DNA from: a bacterium
GTDB taxonomy: Bacteria > Zhuqueibacterota > Zhuqueibacteria > Oceanimicrobiales > Oceanimicrobiaceae
Length of the DNA: 64,000 nucleotides
Assembly (NCBI GenBank): GCA_046757025.1
Contig: JBHHXN010000011.1
Span: forward strand, 1 to 64,000
Direction: 5' to 3'
Below the pieces are notes generated by a model. It was not told where the DNA came from, made no database searches, and saw nothing but the letters and a program-made list of their open reading frames with translations. Below, piece after piece: positions 18,898 to 30,579 of this stretch. The position numbers and the translations under genes were made by a program. The stretch's first letter is position 1; every line of letters starts with the position of its first letter.

Positions 18898-19659
18898 GTG
18901 CAAAGCATGTTCAAATACGCAAAAACCGTCTGCATTTTTATTGCCTGGTTAATGACCTTCCCCGCGGGAACGTGCGATGTTTTCGCAGGCGGGATGCTCA
19001 TTGGCCCGGGCGGGGCGCTGTTGACCCCTTCAGCGGAGTTGCCCGTGGATCGGCAAATGCGATTCGGAATTGGCAAAATCAATGCACCATTTGCCTTTAT
19101 CGAGGGACCGCAAACAAAGGAAAATTACTTGTTTTACACGAGTTTGGTTTTTTTGCCCAGATTTGAGATCACGCTGCTCATTACGTCTGCGCCTGGCAAG
19201 CCGGGAAACGACGGCTCAAATGTGTACAAAGACGCGGCGGTGTTTGCACAGTTTTACCTTTTGCCGGAAAAAGAGTACTTGCCAGCGGTGGCCCTCGGCG
19301 CTTACGATTTTTACAGTTTTTCATTTTATAACGCGCTGTTTGTGGTCATGACCAAAAATGTAAAAATCGGTTTGCCCGATCCAGTTATATTGAATTTGGG
19401 TTACGGTGTTGACTGGATCAACAAACATTACGGCGACACCGCTGGCGATCGTTATTTTCCGGTTCCGCATCAATGGGTTGGATTTTTTGGCAGCGTGGAA
19501 GTGCCCGTTCACAAGCGATTGTCGGCGGTTTTTGAACACGATAGCGAAAAATTTAATAGTGGGTTGCGTGTCAGTTTATTCGAACATGTTGAAATTCTGG
19601 CGGCGCTGTTAGAGTGGAAGACGTTTTCCGGAAATCTGAGTTTTATTTTCGAAATATAA
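18898..19659 (+). CDS. YjbH-domain outer-membrane protein
   Basis: G.L.TPSAE, FLPRFEI, LLPEKEYLPAVALGAYD, VFEHDSEKFNSGLR. Confidence 0.75.
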   Translation: MQSMFKYAKTVCIFIAWLMTFPAGTCDVFAGGMLIGPGGALLTPSAELPVDRQMRFGIGKINAPFAFIEGPQTKENYLFYTSLVFLPRFEITLLITSAPGKPGNDGSNVYKDAAVFAQFYLLPEKEYLPAVALGAYDFYSFSFYNALFVVMTKNVKIGLPDPVILNLGYGVDWINKHYGDTAGDRYFPVPHQWVGFFGSVEVPVHKRLSAVFEHDSEKFNSGLRVSLFEHVEILAALLEWKTFSGNLSFIFEI

Positions 19660-19925
19660 GTCACGGTTTTTTTTAATTTGTCATATTTAAACAATATATT
19701 TTGATATTTTATGGGCTATCATTTTTCACAAGACTTGAAGAATTTTCACGAACAACCGAATGATAAAACGAGTGTGGAGCGCCCGTTTCAACATGGCCTG
19801 CGAAATGGGCTTCGCTTTTGAATTCGAAATCAGCTTTGATTAGGTGAAACTTGTTTAATAAAAATTACCTGAAAAATGTCGGTCGCAGAAGTACTAAACA
19901 ATGAGAATTTTTATTGGAGGCACTC

Positions 19926-20612
19926 ATGCGTAAAATGAACAAACTGTCTGTCATATTTTTGACGTCAATATTAATTGTTTGCAGCCTGTCGCCATTGTTT
20001 GCCGGCGTTGGAGTGCAGTCTGTGGGGGTGAATTTTGGCTGGTATCGTCCTTCTTTGAATTACTGGAACACCAAGTCGGATATCGCCAACTGGAGCTCGA
20101 GTTTTAATGGTTCGTTCATCGGACAGGTGAATCTGGTAGCCACGCTCATACCGCCGCTGAGAGCGCGGATTGAGCTTGGGTACTGGCGGGAAAGCGTGAA
20201 ACAGCAAAATACCCGCATTGGCATCGACATCGGCACCGAAGAGGTGACGCTGAATTTGATCCCGATAACCGCCACCCTGCTGGTGGATCTGCCTTTTGTC
20301 GATTACAAAGGCATCACAGCTTATGCCGGAGCCGGCGCTTCGAGTATTGTGATTCGAAAAACCTATCTCCGCGCGCCAAGAAATTTTCCATACTTTCTGG
20401 AAACCAAAGCCGGATTGGATAATTCCGCACATTTTATTTTGGGAGCAGAAAAACAAATCGCGAAAGGATTGTCGTTCGGAGTTGAATTTCGCTATTTGTT
20501 GGGTTCGTATATTCAATTGGTGGAAGACACCCCCGGTGTGATTACCGAAGAAAAAGTGTCTATTTCCGGGCCGCAAATATTTTTTTCGTGGATTTATTTA
20601 CTGCATAATTGA
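19926..20612 (+). CDS. small outer-membrane beta-barrel protein
   Basis: Signal peptide, alternating strands LIPITAT, YAGAGA, FGVEFRY; GGAGG RBS before ATG 19926. Confidence 0.7.
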   Translation: MRKMNKLSVIFLTSILIVCSLSPLFAGVGVQSVGVNFGWYRPSLNYWNTKSDIANWSSSFNGSFIGQVNLVATLIPPLRARIELGYWRESVKQQNTRIGIDIGTEEVTLNLIPITATLLVDLPFVDYKGITAYAGAGASSIVIRKTYLRAPRNFPYFLETKAGLDNSAHFILGAEKQIAKGLSFGVEFRYLLGSYIQLVEDTPGVITEEKVSISGPQIFFSWIYLLHN

Positions 20613-20883
20613 TCATGGTGGGTAATATGTAAAAGTAGGATTTAAATATGCTGGGACCCGATGAAAATGCCAGCCATTTTACTTGAGATGGCATCAGGAA
20701 GTATTTGTGACGGCGCTATCCGACCGATGCTGGTGTCGCCTATTTGTGGATGCATTTTTCATTTACAAATTACAGAAGAAAAGTCGTGTTGAATAGTTTG
20801 TAAACTGCGGTGCGCGGTATATAAGAAATTATGCAAAACAAATTCACAAATCAAAGTCAAATTAACAAGTTAGGAATCAAACA

Positions 20884-21633
20884 ATGAAAGGTGTCATCCT
20901 GGCCGGCGGCTTAGGCACGCGTCTTTATCCACTGACAAAAATCACCAACAAGCATCTTCTGCCAATCTACGATCGACCCATGATCTACTATCCTCTCGAA
21001 ACCTTGGTGAAAGCCGGTATCGAGGAAATATTGATCGTGACCGGTGGCAATAACGCGGGGGATTTTTTGCGACTGTTGGGTAATGGTAAGGAATTTGGTT
21101 TGAAGCATCTCAATTATGCGTATCAGGAAGGGGAAGGCGGAATCGCTGAGGCGTTAAAATTGTCAGAATATTTTGTGGATGGGGATTCAGTTGTGGTGAT
21201 TTTAGGCGATAATATTATAGAAAAAAGCATCCACACGTCTGTGGATAATTTTGAAAAGCAGCAAGACGGCGCTAAAATTCTGCTGAAAAAGGTGGAAGAC
21301 CCACAACGATTTGGAGTGGCGGAGCTCGACGGCGATAAGGTCATTCGAATCGTTGAAAAACCTAAAGAACCGAAATCGGATTTGATCGTCACCGGCGTTT
21401 ATATGTACGATTCCGAAGTGTTTGATTTTATCAACTCTTTGAAGCCCTCGGACCGCGGCGAATTAGAAATTACCGACGTCAACAACCGCTATATCGAAAG
21501 AAACCGCATGACCTTCGAGATTATGGACGGCTGGTGGACCGACGCCGGTACCTTTGAATCGTTGTACAAAGCAAATTCACTGGTCGCCAAGCGCAAAATG
21601 CTGTTGAAAACGGAACGACAAGCAAATACCTAA
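20884..21633 (+). CDS. glucose-1-phosphate thymidylyltransferase-like nucleotidyltransferase (short form)
   Basis: GVILAGGLGTRLYPLT, KHLLPIYD, LGDN, VEKP, RGELEITD, WTDAGT. Confidence 0.92.
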   Translation: MKGVILAGGLGTRLYPLTKITNKHLLPIYDRPMIYYPLETLVKAGIEEILIVTGGNNAGDFLRLLGNGKEFGLKHLNYAYQEGEGGIAEALKLSEYFVDGDSVVVILGDNIIEKSIHTSVDNFEKQQDGAKILLKKVEDPQRFGVAELDGDKVIRIVEKPKEPKSDLIVTGVYMYDSEVFDFINSLKPSDRGELEITDVNNRYIERNRMTFEIMDGWWTDAGTFESLYKANSLVAKRKMLLKTERQANT

Positions 21634-21880
21634 TGGTGATAATTGAACAGGGAAAATGGAGATGAATAATTTTTACGTTTAACCAGATCAAATAGGTCAT
21701 TTCTGAATGGTCGTTCCGCATTGCGATTTTTTTGAATTGTGGGTTTACCAGCGGTGGCGTTAACGGCAAAAACAATTTTATGAAGTAGTAGTGCCCATTG
21801 TACTTCGGGACATAATTGATTGCTTTGCACGTTGCTTTGGAAATTACAATTGATTCGATATAAATAGTTTTTGGTAATTA

Positions 21881-23134
21881 ATGGAAATTGTTACACCCGT
21901 GGAGATTCTTACTATGAAAAGAATGCGTAATAGTATTTTGATGTCATTGATGGTCGGATTAATCCTTCCAGATGCGATATTTGCCCAGTTGAATTTTAAT
22001 GGCAGCAAAGGGAATTTTTATGTCCGTTCTGCTTGGACTTTGAGCCCCGGTTATCTCACCATTCGGGGACATTCGAGATTTTTTGGTAAATCGGCCACTT
22101 TTCCGGGACAAAGCTCCACCACTGTTAAAGATGTGTCGAGTCGAATAAACGTGAACTATGGAATCAACAATCACCTTGAGTTTTCCGCTACCACGCTTTT
22201 ATATCAGGACACGAATTTCGAGGGCAGCGAAATCAACGCCCCGGGCGATTTGTTTGTGGCTTTAAAAATCGGATCGTTGGCTGCACAGGGTAGTCCCATG
22301 GCTTACGGTGTGGTAGTGGGCGCCCGATTCCCAACGGGATTTATTCACAACGTGCCGTTTGAACCGTATGCCACTAACAAAGTAGGGTTCGGCTTTACGG
22401 GATTGTTGACTTATGCCGGCGACGCCTACTACCCGGACGACGCCATCAACGTGAATTTGAATGTGGGCTACTGGTTCCACAATGACGTGGGCGCAGAGCT
22501 GATCAAAGGCGGAGGTCCGGCCACGGAGCCGACGGTGATGTCGCAGGAGATATTTTATGGCGTTGGTGTGACAATCCCCAAAAACAATCTGGAGTTTTCA
22601 GCTGAAATTTATGGCAACGGTTTCACACAAAAACCCCCGCCAGCGGCTTATAGCCGAGAAAATTATTTGTTTTTTTCGCCAGGAATTTTTTACCATGCTA
22701 CGGATTGGATGACACTGAATTTTGGTTTTGATGTGCGCCTGCTCGATTCAAATGACGAAACCTTGTACCTGCCAGCTCGTGGCGGCGTGAGCCAGCTTTT
22801 CCCCGGCTCCCAACCCAATTATCCTTCCTGGCGCTTAAATTTCGGGGCCAGCTTTACCCTCCTGGCTTCCGAAGGATATCGGGTGAAAGACCGGGAATTG
22901 TTGATGCAAAAGGCCAAATCTCGCCGGGATCTCTTCGAACAAATATTGAAGGACAAAAAAGAAACCGAGGCCGCCGAAGAAGAGCTGGAAAGAATTAGAG
23001 AAGAAAGAAAGAAAGCAGAACAGGAATTAGAAAGATTGCGAAGAATTTTGGAACGCCAGGAAAAAAAGTCAGAAAGCAAAGAAAGTGAATCCAAAGAAAA
23101 GAAAAAGAAACCTCCAAAAAATGAACCCTTTTGA
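21881..23134 (+). CDS. outer-membrane beta-barrel-like protein with charged C-terminal coiled coil
   Basis: Signal peptide, amphipathic strands, then EEELERIREERKKAEQELERLRR; start may be 21914. Confidence 0.7.
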   Translation: MEIVTPVEILTMKRMRNSILMSLMVGLILPDAIFAQLNFNGSKGNFYVRSAWTLSPGYLTIRGHSRFFGKSATFPGQSSTTVKDVSSRINVNYGINNHLEFSATTLLYQDTNFEGSEINAPGDLFVALKIGSLAAQGSPMAYGVVVGARFPTGFIHNVPFEPYATNKVGFGFTGLLTYAGDAYYPDDAINVNLNVGYWFHNDVGAELIKGGGPATEPTVMSQEIFYGVGVTIPKNNLEFSAEIYGNGFTQKPPPAAYSRENYLFFSPGIFYHATDWMTLNFGFDVRLLDSNDETLYLPARGGVSQLFPGSQPNYPSWRLNFGASFTLLASEGYRVKDRELLMQKAKSRRDLFEQILKDKKETEAAEEELERIREERKKAEQELERLRRILERQEKKSESKESESKEKKKKPPKNEPF

Positions 23135-23177
23135 TTGCGTGTATGGCAATTAGAGCAAACTGATTTACTCACAACCG

Positions 23178-23211
23178 AGCCCTCAACCCAACAACGTTGA
23201 GGGCTTTTTTT
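23178..23211 (+). terminator. intrinsic terminator
   Basis: AGCCCTCAAC/GTTGAGGGCT plus T-run. Confidence 0.85.
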
Positions 23212-23458
23212 GCTTATTGGTCACTCACGAATTTCTGCTGGTTCCCTGCGGGTCATTTGACCTCCTTCATCATACAACCCTATCTTTAAATAACATCCCC
23301 AAATAAACGGCTTGAAGACTTCATTGCAATTAAAAAATTGTAGCACCCTTTGTGGCAAAGCTGTTTAGAAATTGGTTTGTTTGCTCAGGCCGAAAAGGAA
23401 GTTTTCAGCTATTACATTCTGAGTTAAATGTTTATTTAAATTAAGCCGATACTTACAG

Positions 23459-23614
23459 AGTGTCTGACCGAAAACTCGAGAAATGCGCAAATTAAAAACC
23501 TTTTCGCGAAGGCGTCCTTCGACAAGGCTCAGGACAGGCCCCGCCGAGCCAGGCAGGAATCAACCTTCGACCAGGAGGCCTTCTGGAAGATAGAATCGTT
23601 TTCGTTCAGTCACT
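23459..23614. mobile_element. MITE family B, copy 1
   Basis: Imperfect TIR AGTGTCTGACCGAAAA/TTTTCGTTCAGTCACT; internal homology to 56920-57052. Confidence 0.75.
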
Positions 23615-23668
23615 AAATAGCAATTCAACGTTTTTGAATAATTTTAATAACTTTAAGATGGATGCTGA

Positions 23669-26600
23669 ATGCAAAGTAAAAATTTGTTGATAGTAGATGA
23701 CGAGCCCGGGATATTACAAACGCTTACCAAATCTTTAGAATCTGAATTTGAAATTTACGCTGCACGCAATGGAATAGATGCCATCGGCATTTTAAAAAGG
23801 CACAATATTCAAATTATTTTATCAGATCAAAGAATGCCGAAAATGAACGGCCTGTCTTTTTTACGCCGGGCGCAATCCATTTCGCCGGAGTCCATCAAAA
23901 TATTGTTTACCGGCTACACCGATCTGGTGTCGGCTATCGATGCCGTCAATTCTGGCTACGTTTGGCGATATTTAAACAAGCCGTTCAATGTGAAAGATTT
24001 GAGAACGGTGCTGAAACAGGCTCTTGAACAGCACCGCCTGCTGCTGGAAAACCGCAATCTGACCGCCGCGTTGAAAAAGGCCAATTCGCGCCTGGAAAGC
24101 CAGATCAAGCTGAGAACGCGGGCTTTAGCGGAATCGGAAGAAAAATACCGCACGCTGGTGGAATCTGCACCCATTGCGGTGGCTATAATTCAAGATCAAC
24201 GTTTTGTGTACTGTAATTCCAAAACCTGTAAAATTCTGGGGTTCACAAAAAAGGAACTCTTGAATTGTCTGGTAAGTGAATTCGTAAATCCCTCACAAAA
24301 AGTTAAAATCGAAAAACGCCTGCAAACATGGGGGGAGAACAAGCGTTCTCCCCGGCCCTTTAAAATTGAGTGGCTGCACAAAAATGGCGAAGTTTTGGTA
24401 CACGAAATGCACGGCATTCAGATCATGCATCAGAATCAACCGGCTTTGCAGGTGAATTTGATCGATATCACGGTTCAGGAAAGATCGCGGTTGCTTCAAA
24501 GCATCTTGCTGAATATTTCCGAAGCCAGCAATCTTTCCAACCGTATTGTTGATTTACTAAAAATTGTGCGCAAAGAAATTTCAAGCCTGGTTGACACCGA
24601 AAATTTTGCCATTGCATTGTACGATCCCGCTCAAAAAAAATATACTTTTCCGTATTTCTCCGGGAACTTCGAGTATGTCAAATATTCACAAAAGAAAATC
24701 GACCAGAGTTTATTTGAGCTCGTGCGTAAAGCGGGTAAGCCAATGCTGGTGGATGAAGCCGAATATCAAAAATTCATAAAAAATGGCGCTGTCGCCAAAG
24801 TGAAAAAACCGTTTATAAGCTGGTTAGGCATTCCTTTAAAAACCTCGCGTGGGGTAATCGGGGTGATGACTCTGCAAAGCTTTTCGGAAGGCGTGAACTA
24901 TTCACAGGAGCATTTGCAGTATCTGCGATTTGTTTCCGGCTATATTGGCATGGCCATCGAACGGCTGCTCACGCTGCAGGAGCTGCAGGCAAGCGAGAAG
25001 CGATTTGCCACCTTGTTTCGTGAATCTCTCGATGCGATCTTTTTAGTGGATGCCCTGACGCACGAGATCCTTTTACTCAACAAAATTGCCCTGAGATTAT
25101 TTGGCTTCCAGGAAAAGGATTTACTTGGCAAACCGTTCTGGGTTTTATTTCCGGACAACTTCAAAAAAGATTTTCATATTTTATTGAAAGAAATTCGCAT
25201 CCATGATTCCGTATTCGTAGAGCAGAAATTTTTGCGAAGCGATGGCGTCATCCTGCATGCAGATTTAACTGCTACCATGGTCTCATTTGGAAATACCGCA
25301 GCGATTCAGATCAATATCCGGGATGTTCGCGACCGCATGCAGATGGAGGAAGCCATTCGCCGATCCGAGGAACGATATCGCAATTTGGTGGAGCAAATCC
25401 CGGACGGGATTTATCGCAGCACCCCCGAAGGAAAAATCGTCACCGTCAATCAGGCGTTTGTGGAAATGCTGGGATTGCGATCAAAGCAGGAAGTCATGAT
25501 GCTGAAATTTCCACAGGAATTTTATTGTTTGGATCAGAATCCGCAGGATTTTTTCAAAGCGTGCGCTGGGGATGGCCGGCAAGAAGCGGCCATTTTTCGT
25601 TTGAAACGGCGAGATGGCCAAGAAGTCTGGGTGGAAGACAACGGGCAAATTATTCGCGATGACAAGGGCAACATGTTGTACTACGACGGCGTGATTCGAA
25701 ATATCACGGCGCGCAAACAAACTGAGCAGGCGTTGCAGAAAGCCAAAGAGGCCTCGGAAGCCGCCAATCGCGCCAAGAGCGAATTTCTTGCCAACATGAG
25801 CCACGAAATTCGCACACCTCTCAACGGTATTTTGGGGTATGCCGAAATGCTGCTGGAAGAAGATCTCACCGAGGAACAGATGGAATTCACCAGAGTGATT
25901 CACGCCTCTGGCAAATATTTGCTGCATCTCATAAACGAAATTCTGGATCTGTCAAAGATCGAATCACATGGCATCGTATTCGAAGAAATCCCGTTTGCCA
26001 TTTCCGATATCATCAAAGAAAATATTCAGGTAGTGCAGCCACGGCTAAGCAACAAAGATGTGGAGCTGATCGTTCAAATTTCTAACAAAATTCCCGCACA
26101 GTTTTTGGGCGATCCCACCCGCATTGGTCAGGTTTTGTTGAATTTGCTTTCCAATGCCGTGAAATTTACCGAGCACGGCGCCATAGCCATTATCGTCGAA
26201 GAAGGAACAGGGGCCTATCAGAATTCAAAAAAATTCCCTTTGCGCATTTCCGTGCAGGATAGCGGCATCGGTATTCCGCAAGATATGCACGAACACATCT
26301 TCAATTCGTTCAGTCAGGTGGACGCCTCCACCACGCGCAAGTATGAAGGCACGGGACTGGGACTGACCATCACCAAAAAAATGGTGCAGATGATGGGCGG
26401 GAGCATTCATTTAAAAAGCCAACCCGGCAAAGGTTCCACATTTTCAATTTGTTTGCCTTTGAAAGTGGTTTCAAAAAATGAATATGCGAATCTCCTTTCT
26501 CAAAAACAGCCAGTTGCAAAGGATAGCCTGACGGAATGCAAAAGCTCAAAACATAAGAAACAGCCTACCATCGTTCACGTGAAAACCGATTATTCATCCA

Positions 26601-27331
26601 CCCCGCACATATTGCTGGCAGAAGATAATGAAATGAACTGGCGATTGCTCAAGAAAATCTTTACACGCCTGGGTTACAAAATAACCGTGGTGGAAAATGG
26701 CGAACAGGTACTCAAAGCCATGTCGGTTGAACGCTTCGATTTGGTGCTGATGGATATGCAGATGCCGAAGTTAGATGGCTTTGCGACTACCAAAAGAATT
26801 CGCAGCAACGCAAAATATGACGCCATTCCCATTATTGCGTTGACGGCATACGCCATGGCCGGCGACGCTGAAAAATGCCGGGCCGCAGGCTGCGATGATT
26901 ACATCACCAAACCCATCAACAAACGGCAGCTTATCGAGCGGGTTGAATTCCATTTACAAAAGATGCACGTTGCGGTTTCTCATCCTGCGGATCGGCCAGA
27001 ATTAATTGAAGCTGAAATTCAGGAAGAAATGGCGCAGCTAAAAGACGTTTATTTAGAAAATTTGAATGAGCGGCTCGCCCTGTTCAAAACCTGCCTGAAA
27101 AAACGAGATTTTGAGCAGATCAACATCATTGGACATAGCATGAAAGGCAGTGGCAGCAGTTACGGATTTGATGAAGTTACGCAGCTCGGTCAGCTCATAG
27201 AAAACGCTTCCAACGAACACAACGTCAACAAACTAAAGCCGCTGGTGAAAAAGTTTGAGTCTTTTCTGAAGAAACACCAACGCTATGACAAGCCGAAACC
27301 CCGACTAAAAACCAAAAATATTAGTCGTTGA
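23669..27331 (+). CDS. cytoplasmic hybrid histidine kinase (REC-PAS-GAF-PAS-PAS-HisKA-HATPase-REC-HPt)
   Basis: [54 protein letters not shown]. Confidence 0.93.
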   Translation: MQSKNLLIVDDEPGILQTLTKSLESEFEIYAARNGIDAIGILKRHNIQIILSDQRMPKMNGLSFLRRAQSISPESIKILFTGYTDLVSAIDAVNSGYVWRYLNKPFNVKDLRTVLKQALEQHRLLLENRNLTAALKKANSRLESQIKLRTRALAESEEKYRTLVESAPIAVAIIQDQRFVYCNSKTCKILGFTKKELLNCLVSEFVNPSQKVKIEKRLQTWGENKRSPRPFKIEWLHKNGEVLVHEMHGIQIMHQNQPALQVNLIDITVQERSRLLQSILLNISEASNLSNRIVDLLKIVRKEISSLVDTENFAIALYDPAQKKYTFPYFSGNFEYVKYSQKKIDQSLFELVRKAGKPMLVDEAEYQKFIKNGAVAKVKKPFISWLGIPLKTSRGVIGVMTLQSFSEGVNYSQEHLQYLRFVSGYIGMAIERLLTLQELQASEKRFATLFRESLDAIFLVDALTHEILLLNKIALRLFGFQEKDLLGKPFWVLFPDNFKKDFHILLKEIRIHDSVFVEQKFLRSDGVILHADLTATMVSFGNTAAIQINIRDVRDRMQMEEAIRRSEERYRNLVEQIPDGIYRSTPEGKIVTVNQAFVEMLGLRSKQEVMMLKFPQEFYCLDQNPQDFFKACAGDGRQEAAIFRLKRRDGQEVWVEDNGQIIRDDKGNMLYYDGVIRNITARKQTEQALQKAKEASEAANRAKSEFLANMSHEIRTPLNGILGYAEMLLEEDLTEEQMEFTRVIHASGKYLLHLINEILDLSKIESHGIVFEEIPFAISDIIKENIQVVQPRLSNKDVELIVQISNKIPAQFLGDPTRIGQVLLNLLSNAVKFTEHGAIAIIVEEGTGAYQNSKKFPLRISVQDSGIGIPQDMHEHIFNSFSQVDASTTRKYEGTGLGLTITKKMVQMMGGSIHLKSQPGKGSTFSICLPLKVVSKNEYANLLSQKQPVAKDSLTECKSSKHKKQPTIVHVKTDYSSTPHILLAEDNEMNWRLLKKIFTRLGYKITVVENGEQVLKAMSVERFDLVLMDMQMPKLDGFATTKRIRSNAKYDAIPIIALTAYAMAGDAEKCRAAGCDDYITKPINKRQLIERVEFHLQKMHVAVSHPADRPELIEAEIQEEMAQLKDVYLENLNERLALFKTCLKKRDFEQINIIGHSMKGSGSSYGFDEVTQLGQLIENASNEHNVNKLKPLVKKFESFLKKHQRYDKPKPRLKTKNISR

Positions 27332-27731
27332 CATTTATTGAAAAAAGTGTTTTATTTCGTTATTCAAAAATCTGCGACCGGGTTGATTTTTTAAGTCATC
27401 TCAGAAGAAGAAATGGTTAAACACGGTAATTGATCGTCGTGGACGGCTGATGTCCAAGCTTTAGCTTGCTGGCGTGATGGGTGAGACATCCAACATTTTC
27501 AACCCCCGTTAAAATTGGGAATTCATGCAAGCATGTATCGCTCAACTCAGTTCGTTTTCATTCTTTTGAGTTTTCCAGGTCTGCAATAAATAATTTCATG
27601 ATCACTGACGACCGGTCAAAATCGCGCACCGTACGGACTTCCTCTCGGAAGGAACTGGAATATTCGGTTGTGTGCGATTGTTTTGAGTAATTCGTGTCGT
27701 CATTTTTATATATATGATGGAGGAATTAAAA

Positions 27732-30440
27732 ATGTCCACTGAAATTGTGACGCAATTTCAAACCAAAGTGAATTTTAATGGGGATGCGGATGTTGACGAG
27801 ACCCAAGAATGGTTGGAGGCTCTCGAAGAGGTCATTCGATTTAAAGGCCATGAACGCACCAAATTTCTTTTAAAAAAATTGATTGAAAAAGGGCAGTTAC
27901 GAGGGGTCCGCCTGCCTTTTACCGCGAACACTCCCTACATCAATACCATTCCTGTAGAAAAGCAGCCGCCGTATCCGGGCGACCGTAAAATTGCCCGTCG
28001 GCTCAAGAGCATCATTCGCTGGAACGCCATGGCGCTGGTGGTGCGCGCCAACAAGAAATTTGACGGTTTGGGCGGTCACATCTCCACCTATGCTTCGGCG
28101 GCCACCCTCTACGAGGTGGGATTCAACCATTTCTTTCGTGCCCGCGATGAGCATTTTAATGGCGATCACATTTTTTTTCAAGGACATGCCTCGCCCGGTA
28201 TTTATGCCCGGGCGTTTCTGGAAGGCCGCATTAATTTAACCCAGATGAAAAATTTTCGTCGGGAGTTGGCCAAAGGCGGGGGCTTGTCCTCTTATCCGCA
28301 TCCGTGGCTTATGCCGGACTTCTGGCAGTTCCCAACGGTATCCATGGGTCTGTCGCCCATCACTGCCATTTACCAGGCGCGCTTCAACCGCTATTTACAG
28401 GATCGCGGACTCAAAAATACCGAGGACAGCCATGTTTGGGCGTTTCTGGGCGACGGCGAAACCGATGAGCCGGAAGCGCTGGGCGCCATCGCGCTTGCGG
28501 CGCGTGAAAAATTAGACAATCTCATTTTCGTCATCAACTGCAACCTGCAGCGGTTGGATGGACCGGTGCGCGGTAACGGCAAGATCATTCAGGAATTGGA
28601 AACCGGCTTTCGCGGCGCCGGCTGGAACGTCATCAAAGTCATCTGGGGCGACGACTGGGATCCGCTGCTGGCGCAGGATGACGCCGGCCTGCTGGTGAAG
28701 CGCATGAACGAAGTTGTGGACGGACAGTATCAAAAATACACGGTGGAATCCGGCGATTTCATCCGCAAGGATTTTTTTGGCAAATATCCTGAGCTGCTGA
28801 AATTGGTGCAGCATCTCAGCGACGATCAGATTCGAAAACTCCGACGCGGCGGTCACGACCCGGAAAAAGTGTACGCGGCTTACAAAGCCGCCGTTGAAAA
28901 CGAGGGCAGCCCCACGGTGATTTTAGCGAAAACCGTCAAAGGGTACGGTCTCGGGGAAGCCGGTGAAGGTAAAAATATCACCCACCAGCAAAAGAAACTG
29001 AACGACCAGGAGCTGAGGCATTTTCGGGATCGATTTGATATCCCCATCCCGGATTCGAAAATCAACGATGCCCCGTTTTACAAACCGCCAAAGGATAGCG
29101 AGGAAATGCAGTATCTGTTGGAGCGCAGGCAAGCGCTGGGAGGATTTGTGCCCGCACGCAAGGTTTATTCTGTTCCCATGCAGCTTGTCGGCAAGGAAAT
29201 GTTTGATGAATTTATAATAGGCTCTGAACGGGAAGTTTCCACCACCATGGCTTTCGTGCGCATGTTGTCGCTGCTACTCAAGCACCCGAAAATAGGCAAG
29301 CAGATCGTACCGATTGTGCCGGACGAAGCGCGGACATTCGGCATGGAGTCGCTGTTCCGGCAGTGCGGCATCTATTCGCACGTGGGTCAGGTGTACGAAC
29401 CCGTGGACGCGAACACCTTTCTCTATTATCGCGAAGCCAAAGACGGACAGATTTTAGAAGAGGGCATCACCGAGGCTGGCTCCATGGCCTCGTTCACCGC
29501 GGCCGGAACTTCTTATGCTTCCCATGGCGTGGACATGATTCCGTTTTTCATTTTCTATTCCATGTTTGGTTTTCAGCGTGTGGGCGATTTGATCTGGGCG
29601 TTTGGCGATCTGCGCGGGCGCGGTTTTTTGTTGGGGGCGACCTCCGGGCGCACTACTTTGAACGGGGAAGGCTTGCAGCACGAAGACGGGCACAGTCATG
29701 TTCTGGCCAGCACCGTGCCGAACTTGATCACTTACGATCCGACTTTCGCTTATGAAATTGCGGTGATCATTCAAGATGGGTTAAAACGCATGTACCATGA
29801 TCGGGAAGATATCTTTTATTACATCACCCTGGGAAATGAAAACTACCCCATGGCCGCCATGCCCAAAGGCGTGGAACCAGGCATCCTGAAAGGTCTGTAC
29901 AAATTTTCAAAAGCGCCACAAAAAGCAAAAGGCGGAAAGGTCATGCCCAAAGCGCACATTTTTGGCAGCGGCTCTATTTTGAGAGAAGCGCTGCGTGCTC
30001 AGAAAATGCTCGCTGAAAAGTACCGGGTGTCCGCCGATGTCTGGAGCGCCACCAGTTACAAAGAGCTGCGCCGGGACGCTCTGGCGGTTGAAAGGTGGAA
30101 TATGCTGCACCCCGATGAAACGCCGCGCAAACCCTACCTTACCACCTTGCTGGAAAAAGAAGAGGGGCCGTTTGTGGCCGCCTCGGATTATATGAAGCTG
30201 GTGCCGGATCAGGTGAATCGATGGGTGCCTGGCGGGCTGTTTTCGCTGGGCACCGACGGCTACGGCAGAAGCGACACCCGCGAAGCCTTGCGCCGTTTTT
30301 TTGAAGTGGATGCGGAATCCATCGTGATTGCGGTTTTGTATCAGTTACAAAAAAGCGGGCAAATTAGCGGCGAGGTTGTGAAAAAAGCCATCGATGAGTT
30401 GGGGGTGGATCCAGAAAAAGCAGATCCGGTGGTGTCCTGA
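27732..30440 (+). CDS. aceE: pyruvate dehydrogenase E1, homodimeric type
   Basis: ETQEW, YINTIP, GGHIST, SSYPHPWLMPDFWQFPTVSMGL, GDGETDEPE, GEGLQHEDG. Confidence 0.97.
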   Translation: MSTEIVTQFQTKVNFNGDADVDETQEWLEALEEVIRFKGHERTKFLLKKLIEKGQLRGVRLPFTANTPYINTIPVEKQPPYPGDRKIARRLKSIIRWNAMALVVRANKKFDGLGGHISTYASAATLYEVGFNHFFRARDEHFNGDHIFFQGHASPGIYARAFLEGRINLTQMKNFRRELAKGGGLSSYPHPWLMPDFWQFPTVSMGLSPITAIYQARFNRYLQDRGLKNTEDSHVWAFLGDGETDEPEALGAIALAAREKLDNLIFVINCNLQRLDGPVRGNGKIIQELETGFRGAGWNVIKVIWGDDWDPLLAQDDAGLLVKRMNEVVDGQYQKYTVESGDFIRKDFFGKYPELLKLVQHLSDDQIRKLRRGGHDPEKVYAAYKAAVENEGSPTVILAKTVKGYGLGEAGEGKNITHQQKKLNDQELRHFRDRFDIPIPDSKINDAPFYKPPKDSEEMQYLLERRQALGGFVPARKVYSVPMQLVGKEMFDEFIIGSEREVSTTMAFVRMLSLLLKHPKIGKQIVPIVPDEARTFGMESLFRQCGIYSHVGQVYEPVDANTFLYYREAKDGQILEEGITEAGSMASFTAAGTSYASHGVDMIPFFIFYSMFGFQRVGDLIWAFGDLRGRGFLLGATSGRTTLNGEGLQHEDGHSHVLASTVPNLITYDPTFAYEIAVIIQDGLKRMYHDREDIFYYITLGNENYPMAAMPKGVEPGILKGLYKFSKAPQKAKGGKVMPKAHIFGSGSILREALRAQKMLAEKYRVSADVWSATSYKELRRDALAVERWNMLHPDETPRKPYLTTLLEKEEGPFVAASDYMKLVPDQVNRWVPGGLFSLGTDGYGRSDTREALRRFFEVDAESIVIAVLYQLQKSGQISGEVVKKAIDELGVDPEKADPVVS

Positions 30441-30498
30441 TTCAATTTGGAATTAAGCGATTTTAAATTGAAATTGGACTTATGTAAATCTGCTCAAT

Positions 30499-30572
30499 TT
30501 GTCATTTCGACCGAAGGGAGAAATATTGGTTTTGCACACAGTCATATTTCTCGCTAACGCTTCGAAATGACA
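30499..30572. repeat. GTCA-type REP hairpin
   Basis: TGTCATTTCGA..GAGAAATAT / ATATTTCTC..TCGAAATGACA inverted pair. Confidence 0.75.
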
Positions 30573-30579
30573 CAAAATA

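Noticed and set aside
20884..21633. Nucleotidyltransferase as evidence that the YjbH cassette is a capsule locus
   Set aside because: Separated by 271 nt and not accompanied by other rml or glycosyltransferase genes; the link cannot be excluded but is unsupported
23340..23410. c-di-GMP riboswitch-like GGCAAA motif upstream of the kinase
   Set aside because: The required paired stems and second motif could not be built
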